The notes under the pieces were generated by a model. It saw only the letters and a list, made by a program, of their open reading frames with translations, ran no database searches and had not been told where the DNA came from. A DNA stretch of 64,000 nucleotides from Deltaproteobacteria bacterium (GTDB lineage: Bacteria; Desulfobacterota; Desulfobulbia; Desulfobulbales; Desulfocapsaceae): positions 1,649-65,648 of the forward strand of contig JAPLJF010000012.1 in NCBI GenBank assembly GCA_026388715.1. The letters run 5' to 3'. This document shows, one piece after another, positions 55,322 to 64,000 of this stretch (the first letter of the stretch is position 1; every line of letters begins with the position of its first letter). Made by a program: the position numbers and the translations under genes.

Positions 55322-55699
55322 TTACCAGCGAGGACGGACTGTAGGTATAGTCATTTGTCTATTAGGTTGTGACGGAACTCGTGACCCGTAACCACCACCA
55401 TTGCCAGGATAAGCTGTAGGTGTAGTCATTTGTCTGGTAGGTTGTGACTGAACTGGTGGCCCGTTGCCAATGCCATTGCCATGACCGTAGCCATATCCAT
55501 AGGCATTGCCATTGCCTATGCCATAGGCATTTCCATTGCCATTGACGCCGCGGGCCATAGGTTGTGACTGAACTCGCATCCCGGCACCACCATTACCAAG
55601 ACCAACAAGACCACTCCCGCCGAAAGCCATAGCCTCACCAGCCATTGTCATTGCGAAGATTGCTGCCAGGCCCACGACCATCATTCGTTTCGTTTTCAT
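55322..55699 (-). CDS. Secreted Gly/Asn/Tyr-rich low-complexity protein with three (V/P)QSQP-type repeats
   Basis: 125-aa ORF. The SD is AAGGAGAAAACGAAT-ATG. Signal peptide is MKTKRMMVVGLAAIFAMTMAGEAMA. It has an NGNGNAYGIGNGNAYGYGYGHGNGIGNG core. The DNA repeat AGGTTGTGAC(T/G)GAACT occurs three times. Confidence 0.65.
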   Translation of the reverse strand: MKTKRMMVVGLAAIFAMTMAGEAMAFGGSGLVGLGNGGAGMRVQSQPMARGVNGNGNAYGIGNGNAYGYGYGHGNGIGNGPPVQSQPTRQMTTPTAYPGNGGGYGSRVPSQPNRQMTIPTVRPRW

Positions 55700-55780
55700 A
55701 TTCGTTTTCTCCTTACGATTTCATACTACAGATTATATTTGACTGAGACGACCTCAATCAAACGTTCTGCTATAAGAATT

Positions 55781-55796
55781 CCACAATCTGTGCCAA
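55781..55796 (-). promoter_or_regulatory. Candidate sigma-54 (-24/-12) promoter for the secreted-protein genes
   Basis: Minus strand reads TTGGCAC-AGATT-GTGGA. The -24 TGGCAC is perfect; the -12 is imperfect (GTGG versus TTGC). It lies about 85-95 nt upstream of the ATG at 55699. Two TGCACC half-sites are at 55881-55886 and 55901-55906. Confidence 0.35.
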
Positions 55797-55907
55797 TCAT
55801 TAAAAATTTTCCAACTAACTGAAACAAAGGATTTTTTAATTTTATCGCCACCCCCGCCGGCAAAAAATCAGTGCAGATTTTGCACCGGCAAGGAGAATCT
55901 TGCACCA

Positions 55908-57262
<1,355 letters not shown>

Positions 57263-57266
<4 letters not shown>

Positions 57267-58519
57267 CCACTCTCTCCATTTTTCAAAACAGCAACCGGCA
57301 GACGCACCGTAAATTCTGCCCCGCCGCCTGACCCATTCTTCACTTCTATACTGCCGCCGCAACCATCAACAATCTTTTTACAGACCGAGAGCCCCAAGCC
57401 CGCGCCCCTGGCCTTGCTGGTACGAAATGGTTCAAACAGCACGTTCTGCATCTCTTTCGCAATGCCGGGTCCATTATCTGTGACCCTGAGCTCCACCCAT
57501 TTCCCAACACGCCGCCCCGACACTGTAACCAGACCGCCAACGGGAGAGGCCTGCATCCCATTGGTGAGCAAATTGAGCAAGACCTGTTGCAACCTCTCCT
57601 CCGGGCAGGAAACCAGCAGATCATCCGGGATGTCACACGAAAACCGTATTTCCAATTCTTGCGCCTGGGGAGTCAGCAACGCAACCACTCCCGCGGCAAC
57701 GATCGCCGGTTGACAGGGCGCTGCCACAATGGACTCAGAACGGGTATAGAGCAGGATATCATGGGCCAATCTCTCCAGACGCCAGGCCTCGCTGACGATC
57801 AGGGTGGCAAATCCACGTTCCCTGCCATCAGGAAGCCGTTCTTCCAGAAGCTGACCATACCCCTTGATGCCGGCTAGCGGGTTGCGAATCTCATGGGCCA
57901 GTACCGCTCCTACCTCACCCAGTCGCGCCAGTTCCTGCTGCCGCGCAGCCTGCCGCTGCTGCCGCGCCTGCCGTCGCAACAGCCCGATGATGATCAGTCC
58001 CAAAATCCACCCCACAGTCAGCAGCGAGAAAATTTCCGTCATTCCCTGACGTGCCCGGCGCATAATGGCTTCGGAGCGCCAGGTGTGGAGGGCAAGACGC
58101 AGGATACCGCTCTGATCTGAGAGTTGCACAGGGGTCTGGAATTCACTGACTATTTCACCGGTCCCCAATCGTACCCGTGACTCACTCAGACCTTCTTTTG
58201 TCAATACCGGCCGGTAACGCTCATCCGTTACATCAGAACCAATGAGATCAGGATTTGTATGAAAAAGGATCTTTCCCTTGGCAGAAAGAAGGGCCGCATA
58301 CGCGATCTCAGGAGTCTGGAATGAGGTCAGTGATTTCAGAGAAGGGTCACGGGCAGCTACGCCTTCCATGGCAGTTGCCAGGGTCAAGGCCAGACCACGC
58401 AAGTTCTCCTGAGCCACCGGCACAGCCAATCGATAATCGCGAATCGCGAACCAGGAAAGACCGCCGGTCAGAACAAGAACAGTCACAAAAATCAGTAAGA
58501 AAGCGCTAAAGCGAAGCAT
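57263..58519 (-). CDS. Sensor histidine kinase (2 TM, periplasmic-type sensor, HisKA, HATPase_c)
   Basis: 418-aa ORF. H-box is LAHEIRNPLAGI; N/G boxes are LLNLLTNGMQA, DNGPGI and GAGLGLSV. Confidence 0.9.
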
Positions 58520-58549
58520 AAAAAGGGAACGCCACGAAACATCCTGCGA

Positions 58550-59080
58550 TCAGACAGGATTCTTGAGGTGACAGATTGCTGGTAAGTTTCTATATTGTTC
58601 ATTAAAATCAAGTCCATACCCAACGAGAAATCCTTCAGGGATGGAAAAACCGCAATAATCAATCGGCACTGGATGCGTGCGGCGTTCCGCTTTATCAATA
58701 AGGGTGCAGATCTTGACTGAATTTGCCCCCTGGTCGGCGAGATGATCCATCAGCCACTGCACAGTCAGACCACTGTCAATGATATCTTCCACCAGCAGCA
58801 CGTCATATCCCTGGACCGCAATGGTGGGCGTACTGCGCAGGATGATACCGCCGGATGAGGACGTACCCTTGCCATAGGAAGAAACCTGGATAAAATCAAT
58901 GGCCAGCGGGATAGCAATGGCGCGGACCAAATCAGCCATAAAGACAAAAGCCCCTTTCAGAACTCCGATTACCAGCAGATTTCCGGCCGCATAATCACGA
59001 CTGATTGCCTCCCCCAGTTGCGCTATCCGCTCCTGGATGGACAGGGCATCCAAAATAATCTCCCGATCCGTGTCTTCCAT
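58550..59080 (-). CDS. hpt: Hypoxanthine phosphoribosyltransferase
   Basis: 176-aa ORF with the PRPP-binding motif VLLVEDIIDSGLT and the typical Hpt length. Confidence 0.9.
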   Translation of the reverse strand: MEDTDREIILDALSIQERIAQLGEAISRDYAAGNLLVIGVLKGAFVFMADLVRAIAIPLAIDFIQVSSYGKGTSSSGGIILRSTPTIAVQGYDVLLVEDIIDSGLTVQWLMDHLADQGANSVKICTLIDKAERRTHPVPIDYCGFSIPEGFLVGYGLDFNEQYRNLPAICHLKNPV

Positions 59081-59384
59081 AGCATACCCCTGTAATTTTC
59101 TATTTATTCTAATGATTCCTTCTTCTTTATGGTATGCTGCAAGGGCAAAGTCAAGGACTTAATGAGTATGCGCAGCGCCACTCATATGACGCAGAAAAAC
59201 CCACCAAAGTCTTGCTGATATCAGTTAATAATGATTTTTCCCCTGTTGACAAACAGGGCCTGTTCAAGTAGATATAAATTTCTTTTATGAAATGTATCAG
59301 TCAACGTGGTGACAGGACTTTTTCTCTCTTCACTGCTTGAAAAAGAAAAAAGAAAAGCAAGAATTGCCAAATTAGGTCGTCAAA

Positions 59385-59957
59385 ATGGGAAAACCAACCA
59401 GTACAAAAGCCAGTACACTTAATCCTGCCTTCAACAGCGAGGTTATTGCTGTTCCAGGCGGCGAACATCTGAACAGTTGTTTTTCGTGCGGGGCATGCAG
59501 CGGCATATGTCCAGTCAGTCAGGCTATTCCTGAGTTTGACCCGCGGAAGATTATTCACATGATCCGGATGGGCATGAAGGATCGTTTGTTGGGCTCCGAT
59601 TTCCTCTGGTACTGTTCCGGGTGCAAATCATGTATCTTTGTCTGCCCACAGGATGTACGTTTTGCCGAGATCATGGGCGCCCTGGCCAAGCTGGCCCTGC
59701 AAGAAGGCTATGTGAGCGAGCAGGACCTGATTGACAAGGGCAAGGCCGCCCAGGTGGAGCGCGACCTCTGCGTCGCCTGCCTCACCTGTGTCCGGGTCTG
59801 TCCTTGGTCTATTCCCATGATTGACACACAGGGAGTGGCGGTCATTGATGTTGAGGCATGCAGGGCCTGCGGGATCTGCGTTGAGGAGTGTCCAGCCCAG
59901 GCAATCAAGTTGAATGAATCTGAGGATGCGCGTTTGATTGCGGCCTGTGGAGTTTAA
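59385..59957 (+). CDS. Iron-sulfur protein with four CxxCxxCxxxCP-type motifs (HdrC-like half plus 2x[4Fe-4S] ferredoxin half)
   Basis: 190-aa ORF with CFSCGACSGICP, CSGCKSCIFVCP, CVACLTCVRVCP and CRACGICVEECP. Confidence 0.8.
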   Translation: MGKPTSTKASTLNPAFNSEVIAVPGGEHLNSCFSCGACSGICPVSQAIPEFDPRKIIHMIRMGMKDRLLGSDFLWYCSGCKSCIFVCPQDVRFAEIMGALAKLALQEGYVSEQDLIDKGKAAQVERDLCVACLTCVRVCPWSIPMIDTQGVAVIDVEACRACGICVEECPAQAIKLNESEDARLIAACGV

Positions 59958-60002
59958 TCAAACAGCACATATATGTCGTTGAAGAAGACGAGGAATATTA
60001 AA

Positions 60003-60416
60003 ATGAGTTTTGAACCAAAGATAACCCTGTTCAGTTGTCATTACGCGTCACAACAGAGTTGTGCTGAAAAGGGAAAAGAGTTGCAGCAGCTTGGTTTCCC
60101 CGCAACCATTACCTTGGTCAGGGTTCCCTGTACCGGAAAAGTGCAGGTGACAACCCTGTTGCAGGCCTTTGAAGACGGGGCCGATGGCGTCTATGTGGTT
60201 GGTTGTCCGGTGGATGGCTGTCACAATATCAAGGGAAGTGTCAGGGCGGCCAAAAGGGTGGCGGCAGTGAAAAAGGCCCTGGAAGAGCTCGACGTTGAAA
60301 GTGGAAGGATTGAGATGTTCCACCTGCCCCGCGGGCTGCACCCGGAATTTGTGGCCGCCGGAGTGGCAATGGATAAAAAGATACGCGCCCTTGGCCCAAG
60401 TCCTTTTCAAAGTTGA
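60003..60416 (+). CDS. mvhD: MvhD-like protein (methyl-viologen-reducing hydrogenase delta subunit family)
   Basis: The ATG at 60003 is preceded by AGGAATATTAAA (the track begins at 59973). It has ITLFSCHY...VRVPCTGKV...LQAFEDGADGVYVVGCPVDGCHN. Confidence 0.8.
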   Translation: MSFEPKITLFSCHYASQQSCAEKGKELQQLGFPATITLVRVPCTGKVQVTTLLQAFEDGADGVYVVGCPVDGCHNIKGSVRAAKRVAAVKKALEELDVESGRIEMFHLPRGLHPEFVAAGVAMDKKIRALGPSPFQS

Positions 60417-60434
60417 AATCAGGGAGAACAGAGG

Positions 60435-61106
60435 ATGATTGTCGCAGAACGAAAGCCGATGGCTGAAATTATAGAAATGGTAAAAGATTGCTCCCGGGTT
60501 CTGGTCCTGGCCTGTCGCGGTTGCGTGACCGTCTGTTCCGCCGGTGGTGAGCGCGAGGCAGCAGCCCTGGCCTCCCTGATCCGCCTGGGCATGAAAAAAC
60601 AGGGGAAAACCATCCAGATCATTGAAGGCAGTCTGGTCAGACAATGCGACAAGGAATATATCGACGCCATTGACGCCTGGAATGGTCAGTACGATGCCAT
60701 TGTCTCCACGGCCTGTGGAGTCGGCGTCAACTTCATCGCCAATCTGCGCAAGGACACCATGGTCTATCCGGCGCTGAACACCTCCTTCTTTGGCGGATCG
60801 GCCGAGCAGGGTGTCTGGACGGAACAGTGCGCCGGTTGCGGCAACTGCGTCCTCCATCTCACCGGCGGACTTTGCCCGGTTGCCCGTTGCGCCAAGAGCC
60901 TGATGAACGGTCCTTGCGGTGGATCGGTAGGTGGCCGATGTGAAATCAATAAGAATACCGAATGTATCTGGCAGTCCATCCATGACCGCTTGGGTAGTTT
61001 TGACCGTCAGTCGCAGATGGAGACAATCGCCCCCATCCGCGACTGGTCAACAGCCGGACATGGCGGCCCCCGCAAGACCGTGCGTACCGACCTGACAATT
61101 TCATGA
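60435..61106 (+). CDS. metV: MetV-like protein (methylenetetrahydrofolate reductase C-terminal/small-subunit family)
   Basis: 223-aa ORF with CAGCGNCVLHLTGGLCPVARCAKSLMNGPCGGSVGGRCEINKNTECIW. Confidence 0.75.
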   Translation: MIVAERKPMAEIIEMVKDCSRVLVLACRGCVTVCSAGGEREAAALASLIRLGMKKQGKTIQIIEGSLVRQCDKEYIDAIDAWNGQYDAIVSTACGVGVNFIANLRKDTMVYPALNTSFFGGSAEQGVWTEQCAGCGNCVLHLTGGLCPVARCAKSLMNGPCGGSVGGRCEINKNTECIWQSIHDRLGSFDRQSQMETIAPIRDWSTAGHGGPRKTVRTDLTIS

Positions 61107-61220
61107 AGTTATAAAAACACAGTCGGATGGCCCTAATACGAGAAGACCTTAATTAATTAGGTATTTTCGTTCAAGGGGCTGAAAATACAATCCTGCAAAA
61201 TACCTTAAAAACTTTTTCTA

Positions 61221-61258
61221 AAAAACGTTTCTGCCTTCATAGGCAGAAACGTTTTTTT
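61221..61258 (+). terminator. Intrinsic terminator after metV
   Basis: AAAAACGTTTCTGCC-ttcata-GGCAGAAACGTTTTT followed by TT (15-bp stem with a U-tract). Confidence 0.8.
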
Positions 61259-61485
61259 GCTCTCCATCCTCCCAAGCTCCAAGCTCTCCACTTTTGAAAA
61301 AACTGATTTTTGCAGCCAACAAATAAAATAGCCCTTTACCTCTTGCAATAATCCAACTTTCATCTTATTCTCTAAAAAATAAGAATAAGTATCATTCCCT
61401 GTTTGGGCAGGTTCTTTAAAAGGATATCGGATTCATCTGTATTAAATAACTGCCATAACGGCACGACAAACAAAAGGAGCGCATA

Positions 61486-62841
61486 ATGGGTAGAAGTAGC
61501 AAAAAAAACAATATATTGAAGCATATTATGCAAATGAAAGCACTTGTTGTCCTACCTGTTCTTGGCATCATCTGCCTCTTAACCTTACCCAGTATTACTG
61601 TAGCCCAAACCAAGTCCAACCTATTCCTCTTTCTTCCCGCAATCGTCAGCCATTCACACAATGCTACTCCTCCGCCAGGCATAGGGGTACTGCCACCTCC
61701 AGGGATAGGAGCGCCGCCAAAAGGAAATGGTCAATACACCCTCATTGCCTGGAATGAACTGGGGATGCATTGCATGGATCCCAGCTATGAAGATTTTTCA
61801 GTTCTTCCCCCTTACAACACCCTATTGGCGCAGGTTATTCACCGAGGAGACGGGCCTGCTATTGTCACCTCCAATATTACCGTCGAATATCGAATACTTG
61901 GAAACACCCGCTCTGACAACAAAACAAACTTCTGGCAATATGCGCAAAAACTTTTTGGTTTGCCACAACCCCTTACCCCCAATATCGGTCTCAAAGGAAA
62001 TGGTCTCAGTGGACGGATGACAGCGGCCGGAGACCATTTCGTTGCCGAAGCAATCCCGCTTACCGAGTATCTGGACAGCAACCCGCAAACACCTTATCCC
62101 TATCAGGTCGCTGAACTTGTAGCCAAGGACAGCAGCGGCAACATTTTAGCCAGTACCCAGACCGTGGCCCCTGTTTCTACCGAAATGAACTGTGCGGCCT
62201 GCCATAATGACAACGGTTCAGCAAATCATGGTATTGCCACCGGCGTGGTGAAACAGAATATTCTTACACTCCATGATCAAAAACACTCTACGAACCTCAT
62301 GGCTCAACGGCCTGTGCTTTGCGCCAGTTGCCACAGCTCAAATGCCCTTGGCACTCCCGGGAAACCAGGTATTCCCAGCCTGTCCAGCGCCATCCATGGA
62401 AGACATGCAGAAGCGGGCATTGACGATGGGACAATGACAGGAACCTGCTATAAGTGTCATCCCGGCGCTCAGACAAAATGTCTGCGCGGAGCTATGTTTA
62501 CGGCAGGAAAAACCTGCTACGACTGTCACGGCAACCTCGCAGCTGTTGGAAACTCAAACCGCAGACCCTGGATCGATGAACCTCGTTGTGACCAGTGCCA
62601 CGACGCGGCACACGCTGAAAACAGTGGCACTTTATACCGCTTTTCTAAAGGACACCAAGGCGTCTATTGTCAAGCATGCCATGGAAGTCAGCATGCCGTA
62701 TATCCTTCAACACAACCAAATGACAATATCCAGTCAATTCTCCTGCAAGGTCATGCCGGAACCATTGATACCTGCACAGTCTGCCATACCAGCACTCCTG
62801 ACAGAAGTGAAGGGCCACATCAGGGTGGCTCAAGTGATTAA
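61486..62841 (+). CDS. Secreted heptahaem c-type cytochrome with a ~195-aa non-haem N-terminal domain
   Basis: 451-aa ORF. The SD is AAAGGAGCGCATA-ATG. It has a signal peptide. Seven CxxCH motifs (CAACH, CASCH, CYKCH, CYDCH, CDQCH, CQACH, CTVCH) all lie after residue 235. Confidence 0.85.
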   Translation: MGRSSKKNNILKHIMQMKALVVLPVLGIICLLTLPSITVAQTKSNLFLFLPAIVSHSHNATPPPGIGVLPPPGIGAPPKGNGQYTLIAWNELGMHCMDPSYEDFSVLPPYNTLLAQVIHRGDGPAIVTSNITVEYRILGNTRSDNKTNFWQYAQKLFGLPQPLTPNIGLKGNGLSGRMTAAGDHFVAEAIPLTEYLDSNPQTPYPYQVAELVAKDSSGNILASTQTVAPVSTEMNCAACHNDNGSANHGIATGVVKQNILTLHDQKHSTNLMAQRPVLCASCHSSNALGTPGKPGIPSLSSAIHGRHAEAGIDDGTMTGTCYKCHPGAQTKCLRGAMFTAGKTCYDCHGNLAAVGNSNRRPWIDEPRCDQCHDAAHAENSGTLYRFSKGHQGVYCQACHGSQHAVYPSTQPNDNIQSILLQGHAGTIDTCTVCHTSTPDRSEGPHQGGSSD

Positions 62842-62951
62842 GAGTAAAATCTACTGTAATCATACAACATTTCAACCAGGATTTAATCGCGACGATTGCA
62901 TAAATTCTGTCCCGCTCTTGGGCGGTTAATCAAAAGGACTCCACGCACAGA

Positions 62952-62995
62952 ACATATTATGAGAGAGACACTCCAGTGCCTCTCTCATAATATGT
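62952..62995. terminator. 16-bp perfect stem-loop between convergent genes
   Basis: ACATATTATGAGAGAG-(12 nt)-CTCTCTCATAATATGT. There is no clear U-tract on either side. Confidence 0.5.
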
Positions 62996-63049
62996 AAATT
63001 GGACAACAGGCTCATTTCCCCCAGCAATTACAGGTTTTCTTGTTCCTGT

Positions 63050-63775
63050 TTATTTCTTTTCAGGTCTGACCATTTGCTTCAGATAGGCGCTGCCGCCCAT
63101 GAGTTTCATCTGACGCTCGATGTGTCTGACGCGACTGAGGATATAGCCTGTGGGATGAGCAAGATCAGAACGCAGGGGACTGGGCAGGATGGCAGCGAGA
63201 AGCGCTGCTTCAGTTGACGTCAGCTTGGCGGCTGATTTATGAAAATAGGTGTGACTGGCGGCCTCTACCCCAAAAATACCAGGACCGAGCTCCACCACAT
63301 TAAGATAGACCTCAAGAATCCGCCGTTTTGGCCACAACCCTTCAAGCAGCAGGGTAAAATAGGCCTCAACCCCTTTGCGAAAAAAGGTTCGTCCCGACCA
63401 CAGATAAAGATTTTTGGCCACCTGTTGGGAGATGGTGCTGGCCCCAAGCGGTCGGCGTCGATGCGGATTGGCCTGCCAGGCCTTGTTCATGGCACCGAAA
63501 TCAAACCCGTCATGGTCAAAAAATTTCTGATCTTCAGCGGCAATCACCGCCAGAGGGGCATACAGGGAAACTTGTTCCAGATTGACCCAGGTATGAACCA
63601 ATCGGTATCTCCCATCGCCCTGCCATGCCGCTGCTATCTGGCGCTGGATCATCAGGGAACTCCATGGCACAGGCACCCAGCGGAACAAAAGGGTCAGGGC
63701 GATGCTTCCAGCCAGAAAGAAACCGATACCCTGTAAAAAAATGCGGCGGAACGCTCGCAACCTGACAAATCTCAA
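63050..63775 (-). CDS. mtgA: Monofunctional biosynthetic peptidoglycan transglycosylase
   Basis: 241-aa ORF with a TTG start that overlaps the upstream stop (TTGA). GT51 motifs are [14 protein letters not shown] and [13 protein letters not shown]. Confidence 0.9.
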   Translation of the reverse strand: MRFVRLRAFRRIFLQGIGFFLAGSIALTLLFRWVPVPWSSLMIQRQIAAAWQGDGRYRLVHTWVNLEQVSLYAPLAVIAAEDQKFFDHDGFDFGAMNKAWQANPHRRRPLGASTISQQVAKNLYLWSGRTFFRKGVEAYFTLLLEGLWPKRRILEVYLNVVELGPGIFGVEAASHTYFHKSAAKLTSTEAALLAAILPSPLRSDLAHPTGYILSRVRHIERQMKLMGGSAYLKQMVRPEKK

Positions 63776-64000
63776 CTGGCTTCCGTCACCTGTTCCTGGA
63801 CAGCTTCCCGGCCATAATCATCATCAAAACGGACGATATCGTCTTCACCCAGATAGCTGCCATTCTGCACCTCTATGAGCTCCAAGGCAATAACACCAGG
63901 ATTATCCAGGCGATGCTGGACGCCGGCAGGAATATAAGTAGACTGGTTCTCGTGCAGCAGAAAGACCTCCTCACCATTGGTGATCCGGGCAGTCCCGGTG
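63772..64000 (-). CDS. manC: C-terminal cupin part of mannose-1-phosphate guanylyltransferase/mannose-6-phosphate isomerase; the 5' end lies outside the window
   Basis: My own translation of the minus strand is ...[75 protein letters not shown]. Confidence 0.8.
   Translation of the reverse strand, partial: TGTARITNGEEVFLLHENQSTYIPAGVQHRLDNPGVIALELIEVQNGSYLGEDDIVRFDDDYGREAVQEQVTEAS

Overview
This is a 64-kb chromosomal window with about 50 protein-coding genes. I found no rRNA, tRNA or CRISPR array by eye. The gene content (an Ehr-type hydrogenase-like membrane complex, MvhD/MetV, a multihaem cytochrome, YgiQ and sigma-54-type two-component systems) suggests an anaerobic Desulfobacterota-like genome; that is inference only.

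Layout, left to right:
- 1-7.8 kb: umuD (partial), fmdE-like, acyl-CoA ligase, DD-carboxypeptidase and a hybrid histidine kinase.
- 8.4-15.7 kb: a GC-rich three-gene phosphorelay. It starts with a 1627-aa hybrid kinase containing five near-identical 426-bp tandem PAS repeats, followed by a REC-kinase and a REC-HD-GYP protein.
- 16.6-25.8 kb: a 3074-aa cyclic beta-1,2-glucan synthase-like gene.
- 26.4-28.3 kb: ygiQ.
- 28.3-30.2 kb: a low-GC islet with an AbiTii-like/HEPN-like ORF.
- 30.3-31.4 kb: Fe-alcohol dehydrogenase.
- 31.5-33.5 kb: a segment bracketed by two copies of a palindromic MITE-like repeat.
- 33.5-43.8 kb: an eight-gene minus-strand operon for a group-4-hydrogenase-related complex. 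Its 'large subunit' lacks the NiFe cysteine motifs, and the operon is headed by an HTH-EIIA-like gene.
- 43.9-45.5 kb: an Nth-Xth fusion.
- 45.5-54.7 kb: housekeeping genes lgt and mnmG, then rpmH-rnpA-yidD-yidC-jag-mnmE.
- 54.7-58.5 kb: an NtrC-type two-component system with two odd secreted proteins.
- 58.5-64 kb: hpt, an FeS/mvhD/metV trio, a heptahaem cytochrome, mtgA and manC (partial).

The most interesting items are the AbiTii-like islet, the PAS tandem repeats, the cysteine-less Ehr-type complex with its embedded structured repeat, the MITE-like elements, and a recurring ~29-nt leader-like motif. All homology statements rest on motif recognition by eye and were not checked by database search.
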